The notes: generated from the letters alone by a model not told the origin. Shown: positions 24,312 to 33,466, counted from the stretch's first letter. The stretch is 49,207 nucleotides of DNA from Burkholderiaceae bacterium (GCA_043788365.1 JAYVTZ010000002.1:1-49207), one strand, 5' to 3'. Numbers and translations: made by a program.

Positions 24312-24951
24312 AAACTTTAAGCATATTGAATATCAATACGTCCGCTGCAAGTATTAGCGTGTTGTCAATGCCAAAGACTGCTATATTCTCTAGGAGAGTG
24401 GAGGCTAGCGGAAGTACTAAAAACACCAGCCAGCTAATCGACACACTACTGCCACCCAAAATCAATAATCCTGCCAGTAACAAGACCGATGAAACATAGA
24501 ATGCCGCCGTGCCCACTACTGACTTTTTATATCCGAGTACTTTATACTGGTTTGATTTTCCATACTTCATGCCAAAGATAGCTGCTAAACCGTCCGAAAA
24601 AGCAACGTGAAAACACACAAACACAAAGAATAATTTGGTAGGTTCAAAAAATGTGAAGACTAAAAATGACGCTGGGCCTAAAACATCTCCCCAGCTTTTG
24701 CGATCTATGTCGTACCAACTTTTAATTAATCCTGTTTTCCTAACTATGACTATAGTTATCAAACTTATAGTGCCGACTGCTTGAACTAGATGCCAAGACA
24801 TAAAATACGGCAGAAAGGCTATGACAACCCCGGCAAAAATGTGAACCATCTTGCGCGAGTATTCGCCCTGCACAATTTTATTGCGCCAAAGTGCTTCGAT
24901 GGCAAAAACACCTACACCGAGAGCCAAAATCGCAATTACTATTTTAATCAT
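24304..24951 (-). CDS. polytopic membrane protein, CTP-dependent polyprenol/phytol kinase or cytidylyltransferase family
   Basis: 6-7 TM helices and an FSDGLAAIFG motif resembling the CTP_transf_1/dolichol kinase family. There is an 8-nt convergent overlap with the ATPase gene. Confidence 0.45.
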   Translation of the reverse strand: MIKIVIAILALGVGVFAIEALWRNKIVQGEYSRKMVHIFAGVVIAFLPYFMSWHLVQAVGTISLITIVIVRKTGLIKSWYDIDRKSWGDVLGPASFLVFTFFEPTKLFFVFVCFHVAFSDGLAAIFGMKYGKSNQYKVLGYKKSVVGTAAFYVSSVLLLAGLLILGGSSVSISWLVFLVLPLASTLLENIAVFGIDNTLILAADVLIFNMLKVFS

Positions 24952-24991
24952 TACTGTATTGTAACCTAAGTAAATGATACTTTTAGAAAAA

Positions 24992-26665
24992 TTAATTTCT
25001 TTTTAAATTTTTTGGCTTAGTAGTTTCGAGCATGTCTTTTTTGTCTGGAACATAAACCGTGAAGGTCGTACCCTTACCTACCTCACTAGTTAAAGCTAGC
25101 TCTGCGTCAAGTAGTTTTGCCAGTTTCCTAGTTATGTAAAGACCCAACCCGGTGCCACTTGAAGAACGTGTCCTATAATCCTCAGCTCTAAAGAATTTGT
25201 CATAAACTTTCTTTTGGTCACTGACAGAAATACCAATACCTTGATCAGACACGCTAAATAACACCCCGCCCTTATTTGGTTCAACTTTAATGGTAACAGT
25301 ACCTTTATCACTATACTTAATGGCGTTAGTAATAAAGTTTTGCAAAATTTCGCGCACATACAGACGACTTGATACTATAGTTTTTGGCGTTGATTCATCG
25401 TAGGTAGTTTCAAGCGCGAGACCCTTTTCTTTAGCACCAGTTTGGTATGAGGCTTTTAGTTCTTCAATGATTTCTTTGGGCTCAATTTGCTCATGTTTCA
25501 TTTCAAGCGCATCCTTCTCGGCTCGTGCAAAAGTACTTAAGTCATTAAGCATAGTTGCTAAAAACAGTGCTTGATCGTGCGCTAACTTCAGCGACTCAGT
25601 AACCTTTTCACCATCTTTCAATTTACCAGCATATAAAATTGAATTAGAGACGCTGGCTTCAACAACAGTAACTGGCGTTCTGAGCTCATGCGAAATTACC
25701 GATATAAACTCGTCCCTTTCGTCTTCGAGAGACTTCTCTCTTGTAATATCGCGCATCGTCACGACATAGCCAGCCCCAACATTATCGTAGCCAAAGTTTG
25801 GATGAATCGGTGTAACGACTATGTTTAACGAAGCCGTGTCATCTTCACTGTACCGAAGTTTTATATCTTTCCGACTCACAAGTTTGTTGCCGTCTGGCAA
25901 CAAGTCAGCCATTTTTACGATAGTTTCTTTTTCGTCCTCAAGTTTTGCAAAGTCATCAATCGTTTTGCCGATTAAACTAACATTTGTATCAAATAGCGAC
26001 AAAGCCGCTGCATTGTATAGCCGAATTGTCTGGTCTTTATCGAGCACAAGCACTGTCTCAGACATATTATTGATCAGGGCAATTAGTCGTTTTTGTTCGA
26101 CAACCTCTTTTTGAACCGAGTCTTTGAGACGAGTTCTATCCCAGTCAAAAACTTGTTGATAAGTAACGTATAGGCTACAGACAGCGGCAAAGACAATAAA
26201 TGAAACAGCTATATTCAACTTTTGATCGATAGGTAATGGTGCAGAGCTAGTTAGATATAAATATTTGGTGATTGAAGCCATGCCAAAAATTGCCACCGTC
26301 CACCAAACACCAAGTCGGCCATAATACAAATTAGTTATGAAGACTATTAAAAACATGCCTAGTATGTAGGGCGTAGTGGCGGCTGAGATAAAGCTAATAC
26401 CCAAGAAACCGATTAGTTGATAGAAAATGATGTAGGTTAGTGGGCGCTTATTTACTCTGGCCATATCGAAAACGCGCAGCAGGATTAAGCCAACCAATAC
26501 GCTACTAAGACCAAATGCTAGTAATATTTCTCCGTTTGAGGAGGTTGGATCAAGAAAAGTGTGGGCCGCAATCGTTACAGCTAACACCAGGTTCGAAAAT
26601 ATTACCGCCTTGTGGTCTACAGCTTTTCGAATTGATTCAGATAACTCTTCCGGTCTTCGGATCAT
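24992..26665 (-). CDS. sensor histidine kinase (multi-TM, PAS, HisKA, HATPase_c)
   Basis: H-box SHELRTP, N-box NAIKYS, G-boxes DQGIGI and GTGLGL, with an N-terminal 5-6 TM region. Confidence 0.85.
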   Translation of the reverse strand: MIRRPEELSESIRKAVDHKAVIFSNLVLAVTIAAHTFLDPTSSNGEILLAFGLSSVLVGLILLRVFDMARVNKRPLTYIIFYQLIGFLGISFISAATTPYILGMFLIVFITNLYYGRLGVWWTVAIFGMASITKYLYLTSSAPLPIDQKLNIAVSFIVFAAVCSLYVTYQQVFDWDRTRLKDSVQKEVVEQKRLIALINNMSETVLVLDKDQTIRLYNAAALSLFDTNVSLIGKTIDDFAKLEDEKETIVKMADLLPDGNKLVSRKDIKLRYSEDDTASLNIVVTPIHPNFGYDNVGAGYVVTMRDITREKSLEDERDEFISVISHELRTPVTVVEASVSNSILYAGKLKDGEKVTESLKLAHDQALFLATMLNDLSTFARAEKDALEMKHEQIEPKEIIEELKASYQTGAKEKGLALETTYDESTPKTIVSSRLYVREILQNFITNAIKYSDKGTVTIKVEPNKGGVLFSVSDQGIGISVSDQKKVYDKFFRAEDYRTRSSSGTGLGLYITRKLAKLLDAELALTSEVGKGTTFTVYVPDKKDMLETTKPKNLKRN

Positions 26666-26735
26666 ATAATATTAACGCTTATGCTTGATATTGTACTCGG
26701 TTGCCAAGGAGTGGTCCACACAAAATCTTGCCGTA

Positions 26736-27878
26736 CTACTTTGACGAGTCAATCAACACATAGCCGTCTTTTTTGACAGATTTAATCAAATAACGATTAG
26801 AGTCAAAAGCTGGGTGGCGCCTTAATCGATATACTAGTGAGTTTAACGCCCAGTCACTTGCCACCTGTTCACCCCAAATAGAGTCAAAAATTTCTTGTTT
26901 GGTAATTACTCGGCCGGAGTTCCTAAGAAGTAGCTTTAATAACTTCTTTTCTTTGTGTGGCAGCTTATCGCCACCGACATGGACCAAATAACGGCTAAGT
27001 ATATCTGAGAAGAAGCGATATCCATTACTCGTCTGATTGATTAGGCCGATATTGATGAGGTACTCAGGGTCGACGACTCTTTTGCCTAGGGCGATTGCCT
27101 GTAGTTGCTCGCGCCGCTTAATATTCTGACTCATAAAAATGTCAGATACGACCAACTCTACCATTGGATCGGAAAGTGGGCTATCCAGACTTTGGCACCT
27201 CAGTAAAGTCTGGAAAAGTGAATGGTGACCACCGCTTAATTCTAGAGCTTTTTGTTTTACTTTTGCCGTGCCATCGATTTTTGAAATTGCCAACAAATCT
27301 TCAGCCGCATATGGTTTAAAATATAGTTGTTTGGTGTGTATGCTAAAACTGTCTGCATTTGCTCCTAATCTCATTTCAATAATTGGTGTTGATGATATCA
27401 ATATTAGGACTATATGCTCACGACTAGCATCTCTTAAGTAGCGCAAGTTATCAAAAAAATGCTGGTCAAGCATTTTACCAAGTCGATCGACACGATTAAT
27501 AACAATAACTACTCGTTCATTAGTTTTAGCTAAGTCTTCAAGTCCCTTACGCGCCGCTTTCAAATAATTATCGCCAGTGAGCGCGCCGTTCGTTTTCTCG
27601 GCAAATTGCTTGAAAAACATTTCCTTAGTGAAGTCTGATAATTCGTAGGTATTTATGTGAATAAACCTATGCTCAGACTTGGCTGCTAGGAATCTGATGA
27701 AAAACGACATGCCAACGCTTGGTAGGCCGATAAAATTAAATGATGTCGACGAATTAATCGAATCATTACACTCTTTAAATATCGCCTGGCAAAAATTGGC
27801 TGGTAATTTAGCTTCTAGGTATTTCATGTCTCTAATTAACGTCATTATTATGACTATTTTACTAAATTTCAATAGCAA
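26736..27878 (-). CDS. AAA/STAND-like domain fused to an OmpR/PhoB-type winged-helix DNA-binding domain (no receiver domain)
   Basis: C-terminal LPHKEKKLLKLLLRN...ALNSLVYRLRRH...GYVLID (Trans_reg_C pattern). The N-terminal P-loop-like GLPSVGMS lacks the Walker lysine. Walker-B-like VVIVINRVD. The start is uncertain (TTG at 27878, ATGs at 27845 and 27827). Confidence 0.6.
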   Translation of the reverse strand: MLLKFSKIVIIMTLIRDMKYLEAKLPANFCQAIFKECNDSINSSTSFNFIGLPSVGMSFFIRFLAAKSEHRFIHINTYELSDFTKEMFFKQFAEKTNGALTGDNYLKAARKGLEDLAKTNERVVIVINRVDRLGKMLDQHFFDNLRYLRDASREHIVLILISSTPIIEMRLGANADSFSIHTKQLYFKPYAAEDLLAISKIDGTAKVKQKALELSGGHHSLFQTLLRCQSLDSPLSDPMVELVVSDIFMSQNIKRREQLQAIALGKRVVDPEYLINIGLINQTSNGYRFFSDILSRYLVHVGGDKLPHKEKKLLKLLLRNSGRVITKQEIFDSIWGEQVASDWALNSLVYRLRRHPAFDSNRYLIKSVKKDGYVLIDSSK

Positions 27879-28002
27879 TTTGTTGTAAAAATATAGAAAC
27901 TGAATTTGTTAAGTGTTAAATGTCATTATTTTACTACTTTTAAATCAAGCTGTCTTTCAGACTTTTCATTACACTAATGATTACAAACATAAAAGGAGTG
28001 TT

Positions 28003-28512
28003 ATGGGTCAAGCTCAGTTACTAACAAGTCCAGGAGATGAACTATCAAAGAATCTTACCGATGTTAAAGAAGGTGAGTTTTTTATGCTAAGTTCGGGCGA
28101 CACATGGGTTGCGGGAAGACTTGCTGAAAGACCTGAAGGTGATTTGAATTTGAGCGTTGCTAGATTTGCCGGTGGTGTCGTTGTTGATGGTGAGACACAA
28201 GAGCTACACTCTTCTGAGCCAGCGGGACTACTGGTTGGTAATATTTTTGCTAAAGATTTAGTGCCTGGCGAATCTGATACTTCGGTTGAAGCATTCGTAC
28301 CACCAAAAGGCGTCACACTAACCAGTGGTGCTGTTGCGGTAAACGCAGTCAGAGAAATGTGGCAAGAAAAGGGCGATCACGCAGCTAGAAAGCTTAGGAG
28401 AGATGAGATTATTGGTAGTGACAGGGGTAATTTTCTAGATAATGGGATTACTAAAGACGATAATAGACTCTACGGCACAGGCACGACCATGGGTTACCAC
28501 GGAAAAATGTAA
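28003..28512 (+). CDS. hypothetical cytoplasmic protein (169 aa)
   Basis: AAGGAG RBS (27993-27998) lies 4 nt before ATG 28003. The track ORF's first 30 codons are unsupported. No family recognised. Confidence 0.6.
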   Translation: MGQAQLLTSPGDELSKNLTDVKEGEFFMLSSGDTWVAGRLAERPEGDLNLSVARFAGGVVVDGETQELHSSEPAGLLVGNIFAKDLVPGESDTSVEAFVPPKGVTLTSGAVAVNAVREMWQEKGDHAARKLRRDEIIGSDRGNFLDNGITKDDNRLYGTGTTMGYHGKM

Positions 28513-28551
28513 TCAGCATAGGTCTCCAAACAAGAAGCACTAACTTGGTAG

Positions 28552-28580
28552 TATACAACAGAGGTATAAGTTGCTATAAT
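28552..28580 (+). promoter_or_regulatory. sigma70 promoter for the tRNA-Pro cassette
   Basis: TATAAT (28575-28580) with a weak -35 TATACA 17 nt upstream. The sequence downstream of the -10 aligns with the tRNA-His cassette (CCCTGTTC...). Confidence 0.5.
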
Positions 28581-28778
28581 AGCCCTGTTCAAATATCTTT
28601 TGTCCTATCCAATTTTGCGAGAGGATTCGCAAAATCATCAGGAAAAAGCTTTCTTGTTTTTCCGAAATTGAGAGAGGATTCTCAATTTCGAGAGGAGGAA
28701 TCTTTGTATGGTTTATAGTATTGTTGGTCAAACTTGTTTTGCCAACAATACAGAAACCATACAATTACATTCCGACGC
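28581..28778 (+). promoter_or_regulatory. conserved structured 5' leader of tRNA-Pro (two hairpin modules)
   Basis: Hairpins ATTTTGCG-AGAGGATT-CGCAAAAT (28612-28635) and GAAATTGAG-AGAGGATT-CTCAATTTC (28664-28689). GAGAGGAGGAATCTTTGT. Nested perfect stems at 28706-28714/28754-28762 and 28718-28727/28742-28751. The 17-mer ACAATTACATTCCGACG (28761-28777). Confidence 0.7.
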
Positions 28779-28854
28779 CGGGGTGTGGCGCAGTTGGTAG
28801 CGCGCGCGGTTTGGGACCGCGAGGTCGAAGGTTCGAGCCCTTTCACCCCGACCA
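28779..28854 (+). tRNA. tRNA-Pro (anticodon TGG), CCA encoded
   Basis: Acceptor CGGGGTG/CACCCCG, D arm GCGC..GCGC, anticodon stem CGCGG/CCGCG with loop TTTGGGA, T arm GAAGG-TTCGAGC-CCTTT. Confidence 0.9.
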
Positions 28855-28862
28855 TATAAAAA

Positions 28863-28885
28863 GGCCCACGAAAGTGGGCTTTTTT
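28863..28885 (+). terminator. rho-independent terminator after tRNA-Pro
   Basis: GCCCAC-GAAA-GTGGGC followed by TTTTTT. The extended stem pairs CCGACCATATAAAAAG (the tRNA 3' end) with TTTTTTATATGGTCGG. Confidence 0.65.
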
Positions 28886-29025
28886 ATATGGTCGGTGACG
28901 AGCTCCTACTTTCGACCCAAGATTTTTTGCCCTGCAAAAAAGACGGAAGGTCGAAGGTTCGGTCATCAGTCACAGGCCCCAGCGTAGCGGGCGCCTGGAT
29001 TGATGTGCGCATGCCCTTTCTCCCC
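28886..29025 (+). other. tRNA-Pro trailer module: pseudo tRNA-Pro 3' half split in the T-loop
   Basis: AGGTCGAAGGTTCG (28948-28961, identical to 28822-28835), a 51-nt insert containing AGCGGGCGCCTGGATTGAT (28986-29004), then GCCCTTTCTCCCC (29013-29025), compared with the tRNA's GCCCTTTCACCCC. Confidence 0.7.
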
Positions 29026-29030
29026 AAAAC

Positions 29031-29204
29031 TTACCAAGCGTAAATGCGACTCTCGGCCTCCGGGACTTGAATCACCTTTATGCCAATCGACTCCAAACTA
29101 AATCTGGGCAGAGAAGCCACGGTCATTGGTCGCCCGTCTTGAGCCTCAACTGTCGGTGTTGCCTTGGTAGTTTCGATATGTTGTAGTTCAGAATTTTGAA
29201 TCAT
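29031..29204 (-). CDS. possible 57-aa small protein (not in the ORF track)
   Basis: My translation: MIQNSELQHIETTKATPTVEAQDGRPMTVASLPRFSLESIGIKVIQVPEAESRIYAW. GAGAGG lies 5 nt upstream of the ATG. No family recognised. Confidence 0.3.
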   Translation of the reverse strand: MIQNSELQHIETTKATPTVEAQDGRPMTVASLPRFSLESIGIKVIQVPEAESRIYAW

Positions 29205-29278
29205 TTAGGCCTCTCATTTAAGAAGTTAATATGTTTATCAGGACGGAACTTTCACGAAATTTATGCTAAGATTAGCTT

Positions 29279-29803
29279 ATGAAAATCATCTTGCTTGACC
29301 GTGACGGAACCGTTGTTGTCGACCCACCTGACGAGCGAGTCGATAGTTTAGACAAAGTCACCTTCTTCCCAGACGTCCCACAGGCACTTAAGCTACTATC
29401 AGATAACGATTACGGGGTCATATTCGTTACAAATCAAGCAGGCATTGCAGAAGGCAGAATGACAGAAGAAGAAGCCTGGAAGATAAACCGTAAAGTTATA
29501 AGACTATTAAAACCTTCGGGCGTACAAATACTGAAAACATATATGTGCCCTCACATACCTAAAGACCGTTGTATTTGCCGTAAACCCCACCCAACAATGA
29601 TCCAATGGGCAACAGAAGATTTTGACTTCGAACCAAGTGATGTCTACTTTATTGGTGACCGTACAACTGATGTTATGGCCGGCAAAAGCGCTGGCACGAA
29701 AACTATCCAAGTTGAAACCGGTAATGGCAACCTACGCGCCGAAAACGCTGACCATATTGCCCCTACCCTGCTCGATGCAGTCAAGTATGTAATTAGTCAC
29801 TGA
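29279..29803 (+). CDS. gmhB: HAD-IIIA phosphatase (D,D-heptose 1,7-bisphosphate phosphatase/histidinol-phosphatase family)
   Basis: LLDRDGT (DxDGT), TNQAGI, the zinc-site-like CxC in CICRKPHP, and IGDRTTD. Confidence 0.6.
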   Translation: MKIILLDRDGTVVVDPPDERVDSLDKVTFFPDVPQALKLLSDNDYGVIFVTNQAGIAEGRMTEEEAWKINRKVIRLLKPSGVQILKTYMCPHIPKDRCICRKPHPTMIQWATEDFDFEPSDVYFIGDRTTDVMAGKSAGTKTIQVETGNGNLRAENADHIAPTLLDAVKYVISH

Positions 29804-30275
29804 ACTTGTGGCCAGCATTTTTTCTGTTGGTAAGCTTTATCTGCACTGCATAGGCTAGACCGCAAGCCGCAACTAGAGCCGCGTTTTCACTCAAGCCACT
29901 TATATCAACATATTCGCCATCATTATTCATAAAAGATATATGAGTCTCATTTCTGGTCGTCAAAAGATCTATGCGTGCAATTGGTGAACTAGCTTCTAGG
30001 ACTCTATTTGAATCACCAACAAGAACGTGCGTAGCCGGTATTTCGACCAAACTAGTGGCTTGTAATAACTCGTCTGGCACTAGATTAACTGTGGTTATTG
30101 CGGGCAACCTCTTAGACACCCCAGGATGGTGATTTAAAAATATAGTTGGATCACTTCTTAGTGGATCGTAGGGCGCGCTTGTCAAATAGTCGTAATCCGT
30201 CAGCTCTGGAATCTTGGCATCACGAAGTGCTCTTAATACTCCGTGTTGGCCGTGATCCATCTCAAATTGTGGCAT
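29793..30275 (-). CDS. hypothetical protein
   Basis: 160-aa ORF in a compact gene array. No motif recognised. Confidence 0.5.
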   Translation of the reverse strand: MPQFEMDHGQHGVLRALRDAKIPELTDYDYLTSAPYDPLRSDPTIFLNHHPGVSKRLPAITTVNLVPDELLQATSLVEIPATHVLVGDSNRVLEASSPIARIDLLTTRNETHISFMNNDGEYVDISGLSENAALVAACGLAYAVQIKLTNRKNAGHKFSD

Positions 30276-30313
30276 TTTATTATTATAACATTTTTAGATG
30301 ATATCTGCAATTA

Positions 30314-31108
30314 TTATTGTGTTTGATGCTGAATTTGTTCAATCGAACGAGCCAAGCCCGTCTGCGTGTTTACGTCAATTAGAACACTATTAAATTGTAG
30401 ATCGCCGCCTGTCTCAAGTTCGTTTTTGTTCTTAATGCCATCACGCCAGCGTGGGATTATTGAATCTAGTTTTACGCCAAGGCTGGAGTGTAACGATCCT
30501 ACCATGCCAACATCTGTAATATGGGCCGTACCTTTGGGTAAAATCATAGCGTCGGCTGTTGGCACATGCCAATGATCACCAATTACTGCCGACACTCTAC
30601 CGTCTAAGTAATAACCAATCACCCGCTTCTCGCTACTATAATCACCATGAAAGTTAACAATTGTAGCGATGCGATTAACGCCAACATTTTCTTGTAAAAT
30701 TTTATCTATCGTTTGGAGCGGATTATCAATTTCGGGAATATGATTACCGAATGTCGCACCAAGGAGTGAAATTATTAGCACCGGCCCGGCACTGGTACTA
30801 AAGTATTTCCAACCGCGACCAGGACAACCTAACAAATTAGCCGGACCAATAACTGGCTGGTTATTATCTTCTAGTAGAGGGTTTAACTTTGGGTTGCGTG
30901 GCGTATGGTTACCACCAGTAAAAAAATCTACACCGTAGCTCTGGAGCAATTTCATATCATCGGGCGTCATGCCCTTGCCGTCGGACACATTCTCGCTCTG
31001 GGCAATAACTAAATCAATCTGTTTATCACGTCTTAAATCCGGCAAGACGTTAGCTACAACGTCAATGCCCATTTGGCCCATGATGTCACCAATGTAAAGG
31101 ACTTTCAT
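30314..31108 (-). CDS. ymdB: YmdB-family metallophosphoesterase (2',3'-cyclic-nucleotide 2'-phosphodiesterase)
   Basis: MKVLYIGDIMG N-terminus, GGNH, GDHWH and HFHGD-like metal ligands. It sits downstream of rny, as in Firmicutes. Confidence 0.8.
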   Translation of the reverse strand: MKVLYIGDIMGQMGIDVVANVLPDLRRDKQIDLVIAQSENVSDGKGMTPDDMKLLQSYGVDFFTGGNHTPRNPKLNPLLEDNNQPVIGPANLLGCPGRGWKYFSTSAGPVLIISLLGATFGNHIPEIDNPLQTIDKILQENVGVNRIATIVNFHGDYSSEKRVIGYYLDGRVSAVIGDHWHVPTADAMILPKGTAHITDVGMVGSLHSSLGVKLDSIIPRWRDGIKNKNELETGGDLQFNSVLIDVNTQTGLARSIEQIQHQTQ

Positions 31109-31713
31109 TTAGTCATCCGTTGTTTTAAATAATCTGGGATTGGCATATCAAATTTAACTTCCGGCAAATCAGCAATCGACTCATTTCGTGTCATCCCTAG
31201 ATACTGATCACAGTATGCGGTGTCTACACTACCTCTTTTTGCTTCTTGCCAGTCAAAGCTCAAATCTTTAGCAATCTCTTGTATGGTTGCTTCGTCAGGT
31301 CCTTCAATTTCAATAAAAGAATTTAACCAAGGCCATTCATCGAGCACAACTTCACTGTTTTTGTAAACCCAAGTTTCACGCTTCGATTCTTGGAAAGAAT
31401 ATACATGAAGTCCTGCCAATTTAAATATTTCAATCATCTTATTAAAATCTTGAACTATAGTTTCTGCTTCGCCAGAATAATTTTGCCCACCATCACTACC
31501 CGATTTAAATGTAACAGTTACTTTATCGCCTTCGTCACGAACCCTTAGATTCTTCGCTGGTTTGTCTTTATGCAATCTATTATCTAGGTGATCTAGCATC
31601 GCTCGGCGCATCAGTCGCATTGGTTTTTCGCAAATAGCACCCAGCGCCCCCAGCTTTAACCGAATTTCATCGTGATTAAGATTTAAGAATTTAACTTCGA
31701 TCTCGGGCTGCAT
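31105..31713 (-). CDS. CYTH-domain protein (triphosphate tunnel metalloenzyme)
   Basis: N-terminal EIEVKF (ExExK) signature and a later EIEG motif. There is a 4-nt overlap with ymdB. Confidence 0.6.
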   Translation of the reverse strand: MQPEIEVKFLNLNHDEIRLKLGALGAICEKPMRLMRRAMLDHLDNRLHKDKPAKNLRVRDEGDKVTVTFKSGSDGGQNYSGEAETIVQDFNKMIEIFKLAGLHVYSFQESKRETWVYKNSEVVLDEWPWLNSFIEIEGPDEATIQEIAKDLSFDWQEAKRGSVDTAYCDQYLGMTRNESIADLPEVKFDMPIPDYLKQRMTK

Positions 31714-31745
31714 AAGCTAATTGTATTCTTCTAGGATGATTTTTA

Positions 31746-33260
31746 CTATTTGGCGAATTCGATGGCGCGAGTTTCGCGGATGACGTTTACCTTGATTGTA
31801 CCTGGGTACTGCATGGTGCTTTCAATCTTGGTGGCGATGTCACGGGCTAGTTTGATAGCCGACAAATCATCAATGTTTTCTGGTTTTACAAAAACACGAA
31901 TTTCACGACCAGCGCTGATGGCGTAGGCCTTGTCGATGCCTTCAAAGCCGAGCGCAACATTTTCGAGGTCACGCATGCGCTCGACAAAGTTCTCGGCGCT
32001 GATGTTACGTGCACCTGGGCGTGAGGCGCTGATGGCATCACAAACTCGGACAATAATGGCTTCAACTGATGTCGCTTCCATGTCGTCGTGGTGTTGTTCG
32101 GCAGCTAGAGCTACTTCTTCTGGAGCGCCATATTTGCGTAGCATCTCACCAGAGATATGGTGGTGCTTGCCTTCCATTTTGTGTGTCATGGCCTTACCAA
32201 GGTCATGAACAAGTGTGGCGTATTTCGCTGTCTTAACGTTAGCGCCAACTTCTTCGGCAATCAAACCAGCCATGTGGGCCATTTCGGTACTGTGTTTAAG
32301 AACGTTCTGGCCATAACTGGTGCGGTACTTGAGCTCACCTAGGAGTTGCAAAATTTCTTTTGGAATCCCGACGATACCGACTTCACGAGCGGCGTCTTCG
32401 GCGGCGCGCATGACGTCTTTTTGAACTTCTTTTTGAGCTTTTTCAACAACTTCTTCGATGCGACCAGGATGAACGCGGCCGTCTTTGAGCAGCATCTCTA
32501 GGGCCTGGCGAGCAATCTCACGCCTAACCGGGTCAAATGAACTAAGAATAATCATACCAGGGGTATCGTCAACCATGATGTCAACACCAGTGGCGCGCTG
32601 CAACGATTGAATATTGCGGCCTTCCTTGCCAATGATGCGACCCTTCATTTCCTCGTCCTCTAGTTTGACTGCCGTGACAGTGCGTTCAGCCGTAACTTCA
32701 CTGGCCATACGCTCCATGGCGCTGGTGATGATGACGGCGGCTTTTTCTTCGGCATTTTCTTGAGCTTCAGTCTGTAATTTATTAACGAGTCCAAGCAAAT
32801 CCTCTTTGATGTCGCGCTCAGTCATCTGCATCAACTTCTCGGCGGCTTCGACCTTAGTCAATTTAGCAACTTTCTCGAGTTTATCTTGTTGCTTGGTGCG
32901 GATATCACGAATCTCGTTCTTGAGCGACTCAACTTCGTCCTCACCCTTGCGCAATGATTCGGAACGCTTGTCGAGTTCATCTAGCTTCTTGTCGAGTGAC
33001 TCTTGACGAGCCAGTAGGCGTTCTTCAATGTCTTTGACTTCTTTACGCCTGGCCGTGTCTTCGCGGCGTGCTTCATCGCTAATTTTGCCGGCCTCTTCGC
33101 GAGCCTCACTCAACTGCTTTTCAGCCTCTTTTTTAGCTTTTTTTAGTTCTCTGTCGGCCGCCTCTTCGGCTGAGCCGAGTTTACGTTTAGTAGTTACAGT
33201 GCTAGCACCAAAGCCAACACCAATACCTGCCAATGCCAATATAATGGTAATTGGACCCAT
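31746..33260 (-). CDS. rny: ribonuclease Y
   Basis: N-terminal TM helix, long charged coiled coil, KH motif GRIIGKEGRNIQ, and an HD domain (LVHDLGK). Confidence 0.95.
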   Translation of the reverse strand: MGPITIILALAGIGVGFGASTVTTKRKLGSAEEAADRELKKAKKEAEKQLSEAREEAGKISDEARREDTARRKEVKDIEERLLARQESLDKKLDELDKRSESLRKGEDEVESLKNEIRDIRTKQQDKLEKVAKLTKVEAAEKLMQMTERDIKEDLLGLVNKLQTEAQENAEEKAAVIITSAMERMASEVTAERTVTAVKLEDEEMKGRIIGKEGRNIQSLQRATGVDIMVDDTPGMIILSSFDPVRREIARQALEMLLKDGRVHPGRIEEVVEKAQKEVQKDVMRAAEDAAREVGIVGIPKEILQLLGELKYRTSYGQNVLKHSTEMAHMAGLIAEEVGANVKTAKYATLVHDLGKAMTHKMEGKHHHISGEMLRKYGAPEEVALAAEQHHDDMEATSVEAIIVRVCDAISASRPGARNISAENFVERMRDLENVALGFEGIDKAYAISAGREIRVFVKPENIDDLSAIKLARDIATKIESTMQYPGTIKVNVIRETRAIEFAK

Positions 33261-33466
33261 AGGGATATCCTTTCTATGCGTACAGACCTATCTTTCTAGC
33301 ATCACTATCACTTCATTAGCTCTTTAGATAAGGTCTGAAAATCAAATTGAATTTAGTAAAAATGTAATCTAGCGTGGATTTGCTCTCAAAACTTGCAAAA
33401 TCCTACTTATAAATATACGCTTTCGGACCTTGCTTGGTCAAATAAGTTTACTGGGGATTTTATAAT

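Noticed and set aside
20333-28689. The AGAGGATT-loop hairpins as a CRISPR array or REP/IS200-type transposon ends.
   Set aside because: There are only three copies, at two loci. There is no regular repeat-spacer periodicity, and the stems differ while the loops are constant, which is the opposite of CRISPR repeats. No cas, tnpA or tnpB genes are in the window.
28682-28987. Track ORFs 28682..28966 (-) and 28721..28987 (+) across tRNA-Pro.
   Set aside because: Both run through the tRNA-Pro gene, its terminator and the repeat-rich trailer. The reading frames are artefacts of GC-rich structured RNA sequence.
33283-33337. An inverted repeat CAGACCTATCT...AGATAAGGTCTG in the rny upstream region, as a regulatory element.
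   Set aside because: It is a single imperfect 11/12-nt repeat with a 32-nt loop and no second copy or known motif. Noted, but not enough evidence to call.
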